A stretch of 64,000 nt of DNA from assembly GCA_000320545.1 (NCBI GenBank), contig ADNK01001316.1, forward strand, positions 22,663 through 86,662, written 5' to 3'. This stretch comes from Bigelowiella natans CCMP2755. Lineage: Eukaryota > Protista > Cercozoa. The position numbers and the translations under genes were made by a program. Below the pieces are notes generated by a model. It was not told the DNA's origin, made no database searches, and was given only the letters and a program-made list of their open reading frames with translations. Below, in pieces: positions 13,243 through 26,150 of the stretch. Position 1 is the stretch's first letter. Every line of letters starts with the position of its first letter.

Positions 13243-15107
13243 GTCACCAACAACAACAGCTACTACCACCACCACCACCACTACTACTACTACTACTGCT
13301 ACAAAGCTTGCCTCTTTCACAAGCCTTTTGAGTGTTTCGACGAGTCTGTTCCCTTGGAGAATGATGAAGAAGAAGAAGAAGAAGAGGGAAAGAAAGACCG
13401 ACAGGGAGAGAGGGAGAGAAGGAAGAAGAAGTTAGTACAGCAAACCAACGGTCGGATTCGATAGCACAGCCTGAGCACGTGGGTAAATGATGAAAGAAAG
13501 TAGGAAAATAGTCATTTCTAAGGCCTGACACACAGACAGCAGCCCATAAAAACGGCAACGAAAACGGGTGTACTACCATTACCGTCAAGATCACGATTGA
13601 GGGATTTGTCAAATTCGAGGTCAAAGTATAAACGGCAAGGCCTGCCCTCACGTATTACTTCGTAGTGAATTCTAACCGAAGAAGTATCCCCCCCCCCGCA
13701 CCCCAAACCAACACCACAACAACTCCACAGTCAGGGCACAATCACAACCCGCACCAGCAACACCACAAAGAAACTGCCAGAAAACATGCACATGCCCGCG
13801 CAGTAGGAAGGGGGGGTTGGCTAACGGAAAGTCAGATCGGGGTGATACAACCAAACATCGAGCAAGGTCGGTACTACTCACCTTTCAATTCTTTGCATCA
13901 TGCAGTATCTGAAGAAGGACGATAATTAAATATGACGACCCAAGTATTGATATGCAACTACAGACAAATGGAAGTTTATCTAAAACCATCATCATTCCGT
14001 CATCAACACCATCATCATTGTCATCATCGTCGTTCGCGCAGTCGTGTAGTTATCATATTCACGGCAGCAGCACGTACTTGGCCCAAAAGTCTTCGTAGGT
14101 GGCAGCGATGTACTTTCGAATTCCTCCTGAATCGAGAAGGAATTATGCTCAGAATCGCTCTTTTGCGATACAAAGCTAGAACATCCCTCATATACAAGAT
14201 GCTCCATCCATCCAAATCAGTAGCAGTAGCAGTAGCAGCAGCAGCATTGGTAGTAGTAGTAGTAGTAGTAGCAGTAGTAGTAAGTAGCAGTATCACCTTT
14301 AGCACATTCAACGGCGAAGACTTGGGGTAAAGAAGGATCCCATGGTTCAATAATCGACTGCGTTCCTCCATCACCCTCTTCTCCAAGCCTATTATCAGTC
14401 GAAGTAGCCACCGCAAGGAGGAGGACAATCAGCCCAACAAACCACCTTATATGTATTCCAAGATTGTATTTCTAGAGCGTAAGAAGGAGTCGCTACCTTG
14501 CAAGCCGGACACGGTCAGCGTGGTCAAATGCCTGTAAATGACATATTTTTATGATGGTATTCAAGTGTCGAGTAGTGGAGAAGTTATATTCGAGTGTGTG
14601 ACCTCTTTCTGCTTCCGAAACATGTGCCAAGTTGCTTCATCAGCTCTGTAGTTGAGTAAACATACATATAGTTAGCCTCGCTGTTGTCGTCGTCGTCGTT
14701 TTTGTGGTAGGGCTTCAAGGACCTTTTCCTTCGCCTCTCCCTCTCGGCCTTCTGTTGGATGTAGATTAAAGCAAGCTTTGCCTGGAGAAGAAAAATAGTA
14801 TAGATGTTCTCGATGCTGTTCTTCTTCAGCCATTAACATTTGCCGACCTTCTGTTCGTGCTCTGGGCCGTAAAAGGCAGTGTCAGAAATAGGCTTGAGGA
14901 GTTTTAGATCTACACTAGTATTTTCATCGTCACCGCGCCGTTTCTTCCTCTGAAATTCTCCTACGAGGGTAGATAAAGTACACTTATCTCAGGAAAGCAT
15001 GGAGGACCATGTCCATTCCCCTCCTTTCAATCATCCTCCCTCTACTCAGTATCTTTACGGGTTGATAGCGATGGGAGGAGTGGACGCGCTCCCCTTTCCC
15101 TCTTCAT
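8882..15107 (-). CDS. PRIMPOL: PrimPol (archaeo-eukaryotic primase-polymerase), multi-exon
   Basis: TWHMFRKQKE, GIRKYIAATYEDFWAKY, HYEVIREGRPCRLYFDLEF (motif I DxE, ~13600-13670), LDSSTEDKFSRHLI (motif II SxH, ~12950-13000), IDEGVYTRNRCFRM (motif III, ~12100-12137), zinc finger RYCSNIG|REHKSNGIYFV...YQKCHDPDC. Stop TGA 8882-8884. Start ATG ~15107 inferred. Confidence 0.93.
9225..9315. repeat. (GAA/GAG)n microsatellite in a PrimPol intron (representative of dozens of intronic SSRs)
   Basis: Directly visible. Similar (CAT)n, (GAT)n, (GGA)n, (TA)n, (TAG)n and (CA)n arrays lie at e.g. 3569-3603, 4064-4110, 4730-4830, 13050-13097, 27390-27430, 36317-36354, 40430-40500, 40739-40775. Confidence 0.95.
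10428..10451. repeat. C24 homopolymer (G24 on the PrimPol sense strand), G-quadruplex-capable
   Basis: Directly visible run of 24 C; other long G/C runs at ~12536, 18984, 26960, 36474, 63690. Confidence 0.9.
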
Positions 15108-15584
15108 TATGTGTTGGAAGTAAACGGCGTCCTGCTACGTGCCTTGCACCCATGTGCTCACATCCCCACCATCGACATTTGTTGTTAATGTTGTCGTTAC
15201 ATCGTCATTTAGTCGAAAATTAGACCTAGCTCTGACCAAGTGCAAACAACAGCTAATAATTCGAACACCCCATTCAGCTGTTTAATAAATACGAGAGTTT
15301 ATAATTTTTAGGATGTATTTTCCCCTTGTGACTGACCTTTTTATCTGTCGCAGTATAAAATTCAACCTCGATTCCCGCCTTCCGTAAGTAGAGAAAGAAT
15401 ACAAAGTCACCCTTCTCCTCCCTCCTACCCCTTCCCCCGTCCGCCCGGTGGTGAATGCAACTCCGAAGCGGGTGTCAGAAAGAGGAGCTTTCGGCCTTCG
15501 AGTGAATGCACTTGAGCACGCATCGCAAGCTATCCGAAGCAATTCGTGGCACGACCTCGGACTTGAAAGCATCACAACCGAAAG

Positions 15585-18500
15585 ATGATCAAAGCGGAGA
15601 CTGAAGAGAAAGAAGCAGCGGGAGGACAAATGATGGATACGAACCAGAGCAGTGAAGATGGAAAAAGTGTAAGAGCTGATGAAGTAGAGACAAAAAAGAA
15701 TCTCACTGATTCGCAGTCAGGCTCTTTAACATCAAAGAGTTCCTTCTCAATTGGACAACGAGTCTTGGTTCATGGCCTCATGGGAGACACCGAATTCAAT
15801 GGTATGAAAGCAATCGTCCGACGAATAAGAGAGAAAAAAGCATATCTCATGCTCGAAGCAGGTTGGTCATATTGCCAATGATACGGTATCGAATCCATGC
15901 TTTCAATAACACCCTTCTCGTTCGCAGATGGGAGGCTAATTTACTGCAGCGTTGGCAACATTATCCAGGCATCTGGAGGACAAAAACGTAACACAAACCT
16001 TTTACCCTCAAAATATCTGTAAGTAACATTTCGAAAAACTAAGATTGCATTTTCGATTCCAGCTGCTGAGGGTGAGACGGCAAAGGTTTCTGCACAGGAA
16101 GCACCATCAAGGAGCTCATCAGCTGTTCCTTCATACCTGCTAAGCGACGCATCTCAGAAGGTAATACATATTTAACATTCACCTTCCTTCGCGTGTGCCT
16201 AACAAATTCGCTACGAATATTCTGTCGTAGGTGGGCGCATCAGCAGCAGAGAAGCTCTTCCAAGGGGCAAAATGGTTCGGGGCATCCCTGTACAAAAAGA
16301 TTAGGTTGACTACGTGCTGCATCAATCAGAATTATAATGTGCACCGCCGACGATAGCAATAATACTACTGCACTACTACCTCTACCCGTTGTCATTTCTG
16401 GTATCTTGCAGCAGAAGTAAGAAGTCGTCGAGTTTATGTAGTATTAATGGCACAAATTATTATTCTTACCATCACCATCATTATTGACAGCAATGAGACG
16501 CGAGTTTTCCAAGAATGGCAACTGGGCCTTTATCGGGTCTCGAATAGGTGGGTGGGATGTAATACGACGACGACGTCCAATCACCAGCAGCTCACTTAAA
16601 GATTAATGGGATTTTTCAACTACTTTCCGTCCGAGATACATTACCATAAAATGCCTTCAATCATACCTCTCCCCACCCAATCACAGGATTCTGTGCATCC
16701 GTTTTCCTTCGTCTACTGGCTATGCGCTGAAGCCCATCGATAGTTTGGCACGGTAGTAGATTCTTGGTCATGCCATGGCTAAATATGCTAGGAAATGTAG
16801 TAGCGACCCTGCTTGTGCAATACAACATCACAGACGAAAATTCTCCCTTGCGCTAAATCACGTTTTTCTCGCATTCCTCCAGTCCGTTAATAAGCAAGCA
16901 TCTCTGCTCATCTGTTGTTGTTGTTATTATTATTGTGATTAAATCGTCGTCGTCGTTCTCATCATCAGGTGGCTTGATGGTAACTTCAAAGGCAGATACA
17001 TGGTGTGGAATCTCTCCCAGAAGCCGTATGACTATAAAAAATTTGGCAACCAGGTAGTAGTTGGTACACTCAGTGTTATTATTCCCTTCAATTTTCCAAC
17101 CGCCCACTTGGTATCATTCGTTGGGTGTGGTTGGGTGGCATTGGTGGTGGTGGTGGTGGTGAGGATGATGATCATGATGATGAAGAAGACGACGATGGTG
17201 ATGACGATGATGACGATGATGACTCAGTAGTAGATCTGAATTGGTAGGTTGTTGAGATACGGCCAAGTTCATCAGGCGCATTGTCAGTACAGGTACCAAC
17301 TGGCTGCCTGAGAGACCAGAGAGTATAAATAGCAATACTGCGATAAGTAACACACAAAAGAGAGCGTTTGATACATTGTTATGAACAATTAATAATGTTG
17401 TTGTTGCTGCCGGTCTCTTCCTCTGTCTTACTTCTCACGTTGGAAGATGCTATTTGGGTTCGTAAAGTCTATTCATTCGTGGCTATTGATGGATGACACT
17501 AATGTGTCAGTGATACACTGCCAAGATGGAGGGGTAAAAAGCATAAATCTCGCCGAGCAAGCTGCTGCAGCTCAATCAACACTCACTCCCTGAATCGAAG
17601 AGTTGCGATGCTGTTTTCGTAGGGAACCTCCATGTGTGCGTTGGCGTGTTACTTGTTGTGGAGCAAGGACTTCAGCTCACTGAATCAGGCGTTCCACTAC
17701 GTCGAGCAATGCAAAGGTAATGGCGGCGTTCTCCTGTACTAAAGGAGGAGGAGAGGGGGGGGGGGAGGAATCGTTTATCATGATCATTTAAGAGGGATGG
17801 TGCCATTCTCCTCCTTTATTATCAGGCGTCAAGTGCAAAGAGGTGGTCTCGGCTACGCAACTCCGCAACGCCCGTTACTTCGAAAAGGTGTATCATTATT
17901 GTTCAAATGTAGCGATTCTTGTTACTTCACCGCAGGCCGAAACGGCAGCGAGGACACCGGCAAAGCGCCATTAGAGCGTGAAACAAAAACCATGCATGTT
18001 TTTGCCGGAGGGCAACTTCCCAGGAGAGAATGTTGTCTGAAATTTATCTGCTGATATCTCTTCGATTCAATGCATACACAAATAGGTGCTGCAGTCTGGC
18101 CCATCATGCGTGTCGCGAGGCGGCCTGGTGCTTAGACGCGTTCTAATGCACACAGTGCCAAAATTCTCGCCCAACCAATCTTGCAAACCGTACATCCAGG
18201 TAGCAGTAGTATTTGAAGAAAAGGAAGATGAATCATCATCATCATCATCATCATGGTTAATGATAACAACTGTAATAAAAAATAATCAACCATTGAAGAA
18301 GAGGAGGAATAAGAAGTACCTGTACATATGAAGAACACATGTCGATGTACAAGAAAGAAGATCAACCTGCTACACCTATTCTCATAGCTTCCTCGGTACA
18401 AAGGTCTTGACCAATGGCAAAGCTATATATACGGGAGCGGAGATGGGGTCGCGCAAAGTGAGAGAATGCTTGCAGGAACAAGGTGTTTGCTGCTGCTGCT

Positions 18501-20040
18501 GCTGCTGCATCGAGATGAGTTATAGTACAGATTTTTGACGATTCATCAAACATTCGTTGATTTAACATCACTACCATTACCTCCATACTACCATCACCGT
18601 CATCATCATCATCATCATCATCATCATCACAGGGGACCTTTGCTTTCCAATCGAAAAAGAAGTCAGAGGGGAGTTTGTGGTACGTACTACGACGAGTTCT
18701 TTACGATGAATGATGATTCTAGTTGGTTGGGAGAGCGGAATGTTAATATCCTCCTCCTCCTCCTCCCCCCCCCCCCTCCTCTCTGCTTGTTTTCCCAAGA
18801 TTCAAGTGTGCCACTGTATCAACAAGACGCAGGCGGGTGAGCAGCTTTTGCCAGTTGCAGCAATACAAGGAATCTTGGGTTCTGACGAATTATATGTGTG
18901 TGTTTTATGGTGATTCAGTGTGTATGTTCCGCATCTGTTTGGACACCGCATTTATCCAAGGTAGAGGAATTTAGCCCAGGGGCGGGGGGGGGGGGGTGGG
19001 AGGTGAGTCTAGTTCAATGAGAGTAATGTTGATATTATGGGATTGGATTGAATTATTCGTTCCTTCATCATCAACAATCCCTGTCGTTTGTCGTAGAAGG
19101 AGTAAAGAGAATCGATGTAGGGGATGCGGAAATATCAAAGAAGCATGACCATAGGGTGGGTGAGCAGGCAACACGTGAGAGGCGCCATGACGACTGCACA
19201 CACGCGCGCGCGTACACACACACACACACATGAGAAAAACAGGCTCGCACAAACAGCAGTAGCTTTTGGGGAAAGGGCTATCACAACATCGCTGCTCATC
19301 ACAGTTAATCGTTATGATGTTTTTGCACGCAGTTTCATGAGGATTGGTATGTAGACTTGATTTTCAAGAGCACTGCCGACAACGACGACTCAAATGGGGG
19401 AAGGGGCCAGAAAACAGCTGTGTTATCCGAAAATGGCGAAGAGACTCGTGGCAACACAAGCGACGAGAAGGGGAAGAATCCACAACAACACCAACATCAT
19501 CATCAACTGGAAAAGGATGCAAAGGATGGGCTACAAGACAGCAGTAGTACTAACGCTGCGACATCATTGCCGACACGCCACTGGTCCGATAATATACTGC
19601 TTGAGCCAACCAAAAGGCTGCACGAGGAATACAGGTTACTGAGAGCTGAAATCCCTCCCGACGAGGACTGCGTGAAGGGAGCAACTCTTGGTTCTGATGC
19701 TGCTACTGCTAGCAGTGCATCAGGGCTAGAAAACAAAAATGCATTTAGTACTGAGAAGAAGGGGAGGAATCGAATATTAACGTCTCCGGACAGCAGAGCG
19801 AGTGAAAGGCTTCTGACGGATATTGACAAGGATTTGGAAGATCTCAGAGCACTCCATTCTGGGAGCATATCTCCCACCACCAAGGACACGTCCCAGATTC
19901 TTGACAGTAGTAGCTTGGATGCCGAACTTCTAGGCATCAGGACGGGTGCGGATCCAAAAGATATTTTCCTCGAAGATGACATGGATGACGACGAACTCCT
20001 TAAACAACTACAGGCAGAGTTAGAAGAGTCGAGTATATAG
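15585..20040 (+). CDS. PTEN/tensin/auxilin-type phosphatase domain + C2 domain protein with N-terminal SH3-like module and acidic tail
   Basis: RILCIRFP, LDGNFKGRYMVWNLSQKPYDYKKFGNQ, KSIHSWLLMDDTNVSVIHCQDGG|GTSMCALACYLLW, TQLRNARYFEK, C2 segments LVLRRVLMHTVPKFSPNQSCKPYIQV and MFRICLDTAFIQG. Last exon within ORF 19357-20040. Confidence 0.82.
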
Positions 20041-20337
20041 GCTCGCACAATACTAGTCTCTATCTTATTTCTGTATGTATATCTTACATAAGACATTTTA
20101 CTCATGCAATCAGTAGCAGCAACTAACATAGCTAGATAGCGTCACTGCGCAGCGCTGAAATTGTCAAATTAAACACATACATGCATGATGCATGCATGCA
20201 GCACACCTGATACTAGCCTGGCGCATGCTAGCATGCGCAAGAATCGCTATGCTGGTTGGACAATCCTCAGACGCGCGACATCTGGGCATGTAAGTAAATA
20301 TGCATGCCTCTGTATGTGGTGTGACATACGATACGTG

Positions 20338-20385
20338 TGAGACGGATGTGTGATGATCAATCAAATCTTATCAATGGTCATCCTA
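20338..20385 (-). repeat. Dispersed ~50-bp bipartite element, copy 4
   Basis: Reverse complement TAGGATGACCATTGATAAGATTTGATTGATCATCACACATCCGTCTCA. Confidence 0.88.
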
Positions 20386-20698
20386 CAGTGGCCATGCAAA
20401 GCAGTGGTGATAGCACTCATTGTACGTACGCATTTGTTTCAGTTGTGATGTCTTTCATGCATGACGCATGCACACGCAACATTTAATACTGACTTGCGCA
20501 AACATTGCGCAGACCTGAGCTAGCATGTGTACCCGGTCATTGTTAGATTGCTAGCTAGACATTGCATTGAAATTTCAGAAAATTGTGTTGTGTTCAATGC
20601 AGCTACAGCAGGAAACTTGGCTCCCATAGACACGATTAATGCTCTCAGGCTACTCCGACATCCTCACTGGCCCTAGATGGGGACGCAGTTCGGTCGCC

Positions 20699-21359
20699 TC
20701 AACCTCGCCAATCGCCGCAACCCCTTTTCATCTTCCACACAGACGATGAAGTAGGAAGGTTGCAAAGTTCGAGGTAGTGGAGAGGAGCATTTGGGAATGG
20801 ACGGAACTTGTGTACTAGTAGGTCTACATGTACATGTAGCATGTCCCCACAGCCCTCGGAGAGAATTATGAAAGCAAAAATGAACGGAAGAGACAATTCA
20901 CACTAGAGCTGTAGTTGTAACTGCCACGTGGTAAGAAGCTCGAAGTCTGTCAGCGGGCAGTCTTAGACATTCTAAGCTACCCATATCCATGTCGCAGCCG
21001 TGTATTCCCCTTTGTCCGTTGCCGTTTCCGCAGGAGGTGATTCGAATGAGCTCACTTTCTGTGCAGGTAGTAACAGAAGAGGAAAGCCGTTGCCGTAACA
21101 TAATTAAATCGGTGTAGGGACGATGTCGCAGGTAGAAATTCCCTTCCAATCGCGGAAGGAATAACGAGACCTGTACCGGTAGGATCCAACCTGGGCACCT
21201 CAGCGACCGGGAAACCAGACTTGGGTAGGAGGCACAGGGGAACAGGCGTCCGAGCCTTCTTGTCATAACCTGGGTGTCCTTGGTGTACTGGAGCTTCAAA
21301 AGGTTGTATGTCTCTTCCGTGAATTGCCACCTAGCAGTTCTCCGGGATTTCTTGTGCAC
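20699..21359 (-). CDS. Possible small unassigned multi-exon gene (strand and frame unresolved)
   Basis: SSR-free, coding-like composition with overlapping minus-strand ORFs (20898-21359, 21052-21330, 20699-20896) and a GTGAG donor at ~21056. No family recognised; the region could instead be 5' exons of the + strand RasGEF gene. Confidence 0.3.
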
Positions 21360-21513
21360 CTGTTGTCCTTATCACGTGGAAGTTGTAGCTGACAGAAACA
21401 AACTCGATAACGTTGTTTTGGCTTGTTCAAGTTGTTAACACGCTTGTCACAAGCCTATGATCGAGTTATCCTACGTTAGTGAACTTACAATATCGTTGAC
21501 CTGAACACCACAG

Positions 21514-24500
21514 GATTTGTGGATCTTTGCTTTGAAGCTCAACAACAGAGTATCGAAATACGAGCAGCACTTTTATTGCCTCTTCTTCATATACGATGTT
21601 CTTGATCCTCTTACCGGGATAAAGAGGATATTTCAGCAGCCAGAACAGCCCGTATTAGCAACGATACATGGGGAGCGAGCTCTCCAGCCCTAAAGCAGGG
21701 CAAGATGTAGTGAAACGAGAGGGGTGGCTAACGAAGAAGGGAGGATGGAGAAATACGGGCACGAAAAGACATCATATCAAGTCATGGAAAAAACGATACT
21801 TTGTCCTCTGGTATTTTGACTGTTAACGCCACACTTGGCAAATGAATAGATTGAATAAACTATTTCTTGTCTACTATCGCGCAGGAACGAACAACTAAGC
21901 TATTATGCTTCGAAGAGTGCGTTTCATAAGCACCTCAAACCAATGGGTGACGTGAAACTACAGCCTTAATGGAACTTGTCCCTATTTTCTTCGTGTTTAT
22001 TTGAATGTTAATTTGAAACGGGACCACCCCCATTCAGGCACACTATCGTTGAATCCTGATAGTGCTGTGAGGGATGGAGAAGAATATAGACACATGCAAA
22101 TGGACCTCAAAGGGAAAAGCTTAACGGGGAAAATGAAACGAAAGCTTAAAATTAGTCGTGTGAAGCATGAATTAGTGGTGTGTGGCTTCGAAGGCAACCT
22201 TATGCTTCGGTTAGTATGAAAAATGTTTGATCTTCCTCCCATCCCGTCCCTAAAACTATTGCTACTTCTTCTCGTACTACTTGCTACTATGATGATAATG
22301 TGATAATGATAACGACAGTCATTTCTTATCAACTATCACATTAATATTGAAATTATTTCAATATCAACAATACTGCAGCCACAAATGCCACACACTCGCT
22401 AACACTAAAAGTGCCAGTACAGTTCAACTACAATTACCTTCACAAAGAGATGAATTTCTGTCCTACTTGATATGCATCCAACTGTTGCAATTAGGGCTGA
22501 CACTAAAAGGGCAAAGGAACAGTGGCTAGTAGATATTAGAACCATAATTGCTGGAATAAAAGTCACGAAGTCTTCTTCGTTTCAGAATCTATTAATCTCA
22601 TTCTCAAGAAACTCAGGCGAGAAGAAGCTTGAATCAAGCAGTGCGGATGATACCAAAACACTGACTAACGTGGAGGTTATAAAGGAAGAAAATGAAGAAG
22701 CCAACAGCTCTAGTAGCAGAAATAGACGTAGCAGAAATGATTCTAGTGAGGAAAGGAACAATGCGGAAATGCTGACCTTGGAGGAGCTCGTTGTTAAGCT
22801 TCTTTGCTCGAGACCCGGGTAATATGAGAGAACAGGGGATATGTAAAAAAGTATGGTGGAGACGAAGAAATTGGTTATTGACTTCATGCAAGGCAAAGAT
22901 TGATTAGAGAACCATGTCTAAATTGTACATCCTCACCCTCATCATCATCATCATCATCATCATCGTATTTGTGGTCAATTTTCGACTTTGTAGAAAATCT
23001 GATATAGCTGGAAGGTCTTGGCACGAGTTTCTAATTCACACACACGTTGTCTTCTCGGAATCCCACGGTATAAATCACACTTCCAGATCACTTGCCCCCC
23101 TCCTGATCAAAACCTGTGTCTTCTTCCCTGTCGTGATACTCCTACCACTACCAGAGGTGGCAAGGTTGCTAGTTAAATATATGGTTAGACCGCCGCGTAC
23201 CTTTAGATCTCACAAGGGAAAGTTCCAAGAGATTGTCATTCACCTACTGGAAAAGTGGCTCGATGAGGCTAGCGACGACATAGAAAAGTATTAATCAGCG
23301 CCTGGTTAAAGAGAGGGGGGGGTATTCAGAAGCACTACAACATCATTCGTTTTCAGCGTTGGAAAGAGCATGCATTGTTTGTGCTGGTATCAGACGTAGA
23401 TTTCGGGCAATTCTTATATCACAGCACGCAAGAAGATAATATGATATTCAAACTAATTAGCGTGGACGCAAGCATATTCGAGACTGCAACATTGACGATT
23501 CACGAAGACTGCCAAGAACGGTGGGGAGAGAAGACATGCGTTTTTCTTTTGCAGCTATTGCCCGACAAATGCCTCTTCATTCCTCTTCTACGATGGTGAT
23601 GTGTCGTCTTCGTCGTCATCGTCCTCTTTAGATTCCTCAAAGTAGTGGAGAGAATACAAAGACTCCACAGCATGGGCCAGATGCATATGATATCAGACAG
23701 CTCAATCAACACGTATTCTCGTAGTGAGAGGGGAGAGGCAGACCAGGACTTTGGTACCGTTGTCTTACTTTCTACTAACTTGCGTTTTGTCACCACGCGT
23801 GAGGGCAAAACGGTGTGGTGTAGGTGAGGGTGTTTTTCAATGATCGATTATTGCTGATGATTCTGATTCTGACGTCAGTTGATAAAACCGAGTCTCTCTC
23901 GCTCGAGCCGACATCGTCCTCTTCCACATTGCGGAGACCCAAAGCTAATGGCGAGAGCAGGAGGGAAACCGTTCGGAGAGTCACTGTCAACGAGAAGAAA
24001 TTAGGCTACTTCTTCAAGAAATTCTGCCCTGAAATAATGGATATTAGGTCACTGAGCGTTGCCACCATCAGCAGTAGCACCTTGCCTGCGTCAATATTGG
24101 ACTCCCATCTCTCATGTTGACGGTGGTGTTACTGCTTGCTGCTTTGCAAAAATCCTCCTCCTTCTTCCAGAAATTATGACGTAGAACAAGTGTGCGACAC
24201 GCTGATGCACGTTGACCACAATCTCATAAAATCGATAAGTCCGAGATCGTTTATGAAGAAACTTTGGAAGAACAAGGTGAGCCTCATTGTCGATGATGAT
24301 GATTCCTCTTCCTCGATTATCATCATCTTCTTCACCATTCAAATGGCGCTGGCTTATGCTGTCTATGTGTTTCAGAATGCCGGATTCTTGTGCCCTGATT
24401 TAATGCACGCAATAGCAACGTGGAATAAGCGGTGTTATTGGGTGGCGACAGCGGTACGATGAAAAGAAAAGAGTAGTAATCGAAACCTTCCGATTTTTGA

Positions 24501-24883
24501 CTGGCCAAGAAAGCCATTGCCTCGGCCTCCTCCTCCTCCTCCTCCTCCTCCTCCTCCTCCTCTCGTAATCCCTGAGGCCATCTTTCTTTCATCATCAGAT
24601 TCTCAACGACGACTTAGGAAAGAACGGGACGGTGAATCTCTTTGCGAAGAAGTGTAAAGAGTTTATAAAGCAGTTTATAGATATTGGCTGTGCCTGCGTC
24701 CAGAGAGGGAACTTCTACTGTGCTTCTTGCATAATATGTGCGCTCAAGTTGCAGGTCTGACGATGATGAATGCGAAAGAATGTGAAACGACGTTTACGTG
24801 AAGGGAGGCCATCATAATCATCACCGTCATGTGTTCATCCGCAGCGTCATCTTCCTTCACCCCTAAGCATAGGGGATGTTCCT

Positions 24884-24927
<44 letters not shown>

Positions 24928-25275
24928 AAAAAAAAAAAAAAAAATGCGATTCATCGATATCTTTAGTGCGTTAAACGTTTCAAGCCTGCGTGGGATCTGC
25001 TAAGCAAGCACTCGAGAAAGAACATGGAATTCCTGGAAGAGGCCTGCTCAAGGTTGCTTGTCACATATATCACCAGTAGCCGACATGACGGTTTCATTCT
25101 TGGGCTGCAGAACATAACATAAGTTGTAAACACACATGATGTTGGTACCGTCCTCCTCCTACTCGACAGAAAGTCTTACTGGGATCGATTCGGCAAAGCC
25201 CAAAGAGAAGATGAAATTCATATTCCTCACCTACCGCTCTACTTAGACGCCCTTTACCAAATTGAGGTAGTGAAC

Positions 25276-25309
<34 letters not shown>

Positions 25310-25644
25310 GATTTGTCAATAAATTGGAAAGGGGGGAAGGACACCGAGATTGTGTAGCTTCCTTGCCTGTTGTGTGCTCGAGACACCTGCAATAAATCAC
25401 TCTTCCTCAGGTCAAATTTTGCAAAGATAAACACGGAAAAATCAATCTCACAAAATATAAGCGACAATGGGACTTGATCTCGGGGGTCATTAAAACCCAG
25501 AAACACGCCGAGCATACTGGTGATAAAGATGATGAGTTAGTCTCCGCCCTTTCTTCCGCGGTGCACTGGGCGTTTACAGAGGAGAAGTTGTACGCTATAT
25601 CTTATAAGTATCTTCCAAGGTCTCAGACACAGGCCTCTTCTTAA
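21514..25644 (+). CDS. PH-domain Ras guanine nucleotide exchange factor (PH + REM + CDC25)
   Basis: PH: KREGWLTKKGG...KSWKKRYFVL, LSYYASK...KPMG, AKEQWLVDIRTII. REM: TLEELVVKLL, IVIHLLEKWLDE. CDC25: VCDTLMHVDHNLIKSISPRSFMKKLWK, AIATWNKRCYWVATAV, HIPHLP, GKINLTKYK, EEKLYAISYKYLPR. Stop TAA 25642-25644. True start not located. Confidence 0.82.
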
Positions 25645-26099
25645 ACGTGTGGATCTAGTGTATTAGTATTGCTCATCTAGAAAGCCATTTCAATCAACTT
25701 AGTAGGATTGCGTCATATGCATCATGTGAGTTCATATTCACGGCGGCTTTATTGCATTGAAACTTAATGCGATCGCAAGATATAAACACTGGAAATCGCA
25801 TTATATTTGTTGGCACGTTAGCATGGCGAGCACGCACGCAGCTTGTTACGATGCGGCGCACTGTCCGCACTGTGCACGTGTGCAGTCGCTTCCATGGCGT
25901 GTTGCCGCTTTCGTTTGTCATGATACTGTCATCTAGTCATGTATCGCATGCCTATAGAATGATGACAGGAACTATGATGAATCATGAATGCACAGCATTG
26001 CATGCGCACATTGAATAAATAACGAGGTTTAGTCAATGACTAGCTCTGCTGTGACGACCGCCCCGCCGCGCGTGTAATTTGACAGCTACGACGCTTAGA

Positions 26100-26150
26100 T
26101 AGAATGGCAATTGAAAAGATTTAGCATCACTTCATTACGCACGTCTCATA
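26100..26150 (+). repeat. Dispersed ~50-bp bipartite element, copy 5
   Basis: TAGAATGGCAATTGAAAAGATTTAGCATCACTTCATTACGCACGTCTCATA. Confidence 0.82.

Noticed and set aside
20990-21070. GDSNELTFCAG resembling an SH3 ELSF motif
   Set aside because: No in-frame flanking SH3 elements (ALYDY, WW/GxxP) could be spliced to it.
21400-21660. Apparent DH (RhoGEF) words (FVDLCF...AALLLPLLHIR), suggesting an SOS-like DH-PH-RasGEF
   Set aside because: That frame cannot be spliced into the PH exon without a stop; a different frame joins cleanly. Unsupported without cDNA.
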